Shown piece after piece: positions 62,071-64,000 of a DNA stretch of 64,000 bases. Source of the DNA: Luteimonas sp. GTDB taxonomy: Bacteria; Pseudomonadota; Gammaproteobacteria; Xanthomonadales; Xanthomonadaceae. Position numbers and translations under genes: made by a program. Numbering within the stretch: the stretch's first letter is position 1; each line of letters starts with the position of its first letter. Below the pieces are notes generated by a model. That model worked only from the letters and a program-made list of their open reading frames with translations. It had not been told where the DNA came from and searched no databases. Location of the stretch: contig JANPZU010000006.1 of assembly GCA_024707405.1 (NCBI GenBank), forward strand, positions 53,164-117,163, written 5' to 3'.

Positions 62071-63357
62071 TCAGCGCAGGGTCGCCGGTGCGGCGGGCCA
62101 TGGCTGCGAATAACGCGAGATGTCGAGGCCTTCGGTGTCGATAGCGGGCGTGCGGCCATCGATGAGGTCGGCGAGATAGCGTGCGGAACCGGCGGCCATC
62201 GTCCAGCCCAGCGTGCCGTGGCCGGTGTTCAGCAGCAGGTTGCGGTATTGCGTTGCGCCGATGACCGGCGGGCCGTCCGGCGTGGAGGGCCGCAGGCCTG
62301 TCCAGAACTCGGCCTTGGCCAGGTCGCCGCCATCGGGATACAGGCTGCGCACCACCAGTTCCAGCGTCTCGCGGCGGCGCTGGCGCAACGACAGGTCGTA
62401 GCCGGAGACTTCCGCCATGCCGCCCACGCGGATGCGCGTGTCGAAGCGGGTGATCGCCACCTTGTAGCTCTCGTCGAGCACGGTGGAGACCGGCGCCATG
62501 TCCTCGCGCACGATCGGGATGGTCAGCGAATACCCCTTGAGCGGATACACCGGCAGGTCGATGCCGATGGGCGACAGCAGTCGCGGCGACCAGCTGCCCA
62601 GTGCCAGCACGTAACGGTCGGCGGTCTCAAACCGACCGTTGATGCGCACGCCGGTGATGGCGTCGCCATCGGCCTGCAGCGCCTCGATGGTCTGGCCGAA
62701 GCGGAATTCGACGCCCTGCTGCGTGGCCAGTTCGGCCAATCGCCGCGTGAACAGGTGGCAGTCACCGGTCTCGTCGCCGGGCAGGCGCAGCGCGCCGGCG
62801 AGCGTGGCGGCCTTGCTGGCGAGTGCCGGCTCCACCCGCACGATGCCGTCGCGGTCGAGCAGTTCGTAGGGCACGTCGTAGTCGCGCAGGATGGCGATGT
62901 CCTTCGCCGCGCCGTCCAGTTGGGCTTGTGTGCGGAACAACTGCGTGGTGCCGAGGGTGCGCTCTTCGTAGTGGATGCCGGTGTCGCGGCGCAGGGCTTC
63001 CAGGCAATCGCGGCTGTATTCGGCCAGTCGCACCATCCGCGCCTTGCTGATGCCGTAGCGATGCGTGGTGCAGTTGCGCAGCATCGCCCACAGCCAGCGG
63101 TACTGGGCGAGGTCGGCCGTGGGCTTGATCGCCAGCGGTGCATGGCGCGACAGCAGCCAGCCGATGGCCTTGGCCGGGATGCCGGGCGCGGGCCAGGGCG
63201 AGGCGTAGCCGGGCGAGACCTGGCCGGCGTTGCCGAAGCTGGTTTCCTGCGCCGCCGCCGCTTGCCGGTCGACCACGACCACCTCGTGGCCCGCCTGGCG
63301 CAGGCCCCACGCCGTGGTGACACCGATGACACCGGAACCGAGCACCAGGATGCGCAT
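62071..63357 (-). CDS. dadA: D-amino-acid dehydrogenase small subunit
   Basis: [22 protein letters not shown] motif. 428 aa. Confidence 0.9.
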   Translation of the reverse strand: MRILVLGSGVIGVTTAWGLRQAGHEVVVVDRQAAAAQETSFGNAGQVSPGYASPWPAPGIPAKAIGWLLSRHAPLAIKPTADLAQYRWLWAMLRNCTTHRYGISKARMVRLAEYSRDCLEALRRDTGIHYEERTLGTTQLFRTQAQLDGAAKDIAILRDYDVPYELLDRDGIVRVEPALASKAATLAGALRLPGDETGDCHLFTRRLAELATQQGVEFRFGQTIEALQADGDAITGVRINGRFETADRYVLALGSWSPRLLSPIGIDLPVYPLKGYSLTIPIVREDMAPVSTVLDESYKVAITRFDTRIRVGGMAEVSGYDLSLRQRRRETLELVVRSLYPDGGDLAKAEFWTGLRPSTPDGPPVIGATQYRNLLLNTGHGTLGWTMAAGSARYLADLIDGRTPAIDTEGLDISRYSQPWPAAPATLR

Positions 63358-63481
63358 CGCGGCAGGCTCTCAACAAGGATGGGCAGGGAGTCGTGCCAGT
63401 ATATTGGCGTGATTCCAGTGTTGATCACTGTTTATGATGCCAATGGCAGGTAATTCATCTGCATCAGGCCGGGAAGGCAGC

Positions 63482-63955
63482 ATGCGAAAGCAAGGGCTCG
63501 ACCGCATCGACCGCAAGATCCTGCGCATCCTCCAGCGCGAGGGGCGAATCCCGTTCACCGAACTGGGCGAGCGCGTCGGCCTGTCCACCACGCCCTGCGC
63601 CGAGCGCGTGCGCCGGCTGGAGCGCGATGGCGTGATCACCGGCTACCACGCGCACGTCGACCCGGCTTCGGTCGGTGCCGGGTTGCTGGTGTTCGTGGAG
63701 ATCAGCCTGGCCTACAAGTCCGGGGACATCTTCGAGGAATTCCGCCGCGCCGCCCTCAAGTTGCCCAACGTACTGGAATGCCACCTGGTCTCGGGCGACT
63801 TCGACTACCTCATCAAGGCCCGCATCTCGGAGATGGCGTCCTACCGCAAGCTGCTCGGCAGCACCCTGCTGACCCTGCCGCACGTACGAGAGTCCAAGAG
63901 CTACATCGTGATGGAAGAGGCCAAGGAGACCCTGGAGCTGCCGCTGGCGGATTGA
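63482..63955 (+). CDS. lrp: Lrp/AsnC-family transcriptional regulator
   Basis: LDRIDRKILRILQREGRIPFTELGERVGLSTTPCAERVRRLE. Divergent from dadA. Confidence 0.9.
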   Translation: MRKQGLDRIDRKILRILQREGRIPFTELGERVGLSTTPCAERVRRLERDGVITGYHAHVDPASVGAGLLVFVEISLAYKSGDIFEEFRRAALKLPNVLECHLVSGDFDYLIKARISEMASYRKLLGSTLLTLPHVRESKSYIVMEEAKETLELPLAD

Positions 63956-64000
63956 TCGTGGCGTGGCATGTGCTCCCGGCCCGACTGCAGTGGTCGCGAT

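Overview
This is a high-G+C chromosomal window (about two-thirds G+C by eye). Its gene content is typical of a Xanthomonadales/Lysobacterales gammaproteobacterium. Most long antisense ORFs in the six-frame track are GC artefacts. About 55 genes are supportable.

- **0-13.5 kb:** a TonB-dependent receptor, DUF1214 and DUF1254 proteins and a secreted carboxylesterase. These are followed by a GntR-associated beta-oxidation-type cluster (thiolase, family III CoA-transferase, acyl-CoA dehydrogenase, FadB-like enzyme, alpha/beta hydrolase). The cluster ends in a scarred etfB fragment.
- **13.6-25.9 kb:** a cluster for uptake and catabolism of D-amino-acid-containing peptides, with an XRE/cupin regulator. 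Two transcription units carry an identical 28-bp promoter/operator. A dead integrase, a dead IS3 element and tRNA-Met follow.
- **28.8-39.8 kb:** rppH, bfd-bfr, a hybrid histidine kinase with a receiver protein whose GGDEF and EAL domains are both degenerate, erpA, nudC and an MFS-acyltransferase fusion.
- **39.9-45.9 kb (most interesting):** a type I restriction-modification cassette with a frameshifted hsdM and a lower-G+C hsdS. A FicT-type toxin is translationally coupled to hsdS. A small, convergently encoded ORF carries the VbhA/FicA inhibitory motif SxxxEG.
- **46-64 kb:** ygiD, a Doc/AbrB-type toxin-antitoxin pair, then core genes (purD, purH, fis, prmA, accC, accB, aroQ, tlpA-like, dsbD, cutA, a PagL-like gene, alr, dadA, lrp).

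No rRNA genes or CRISPR arrays were seen.
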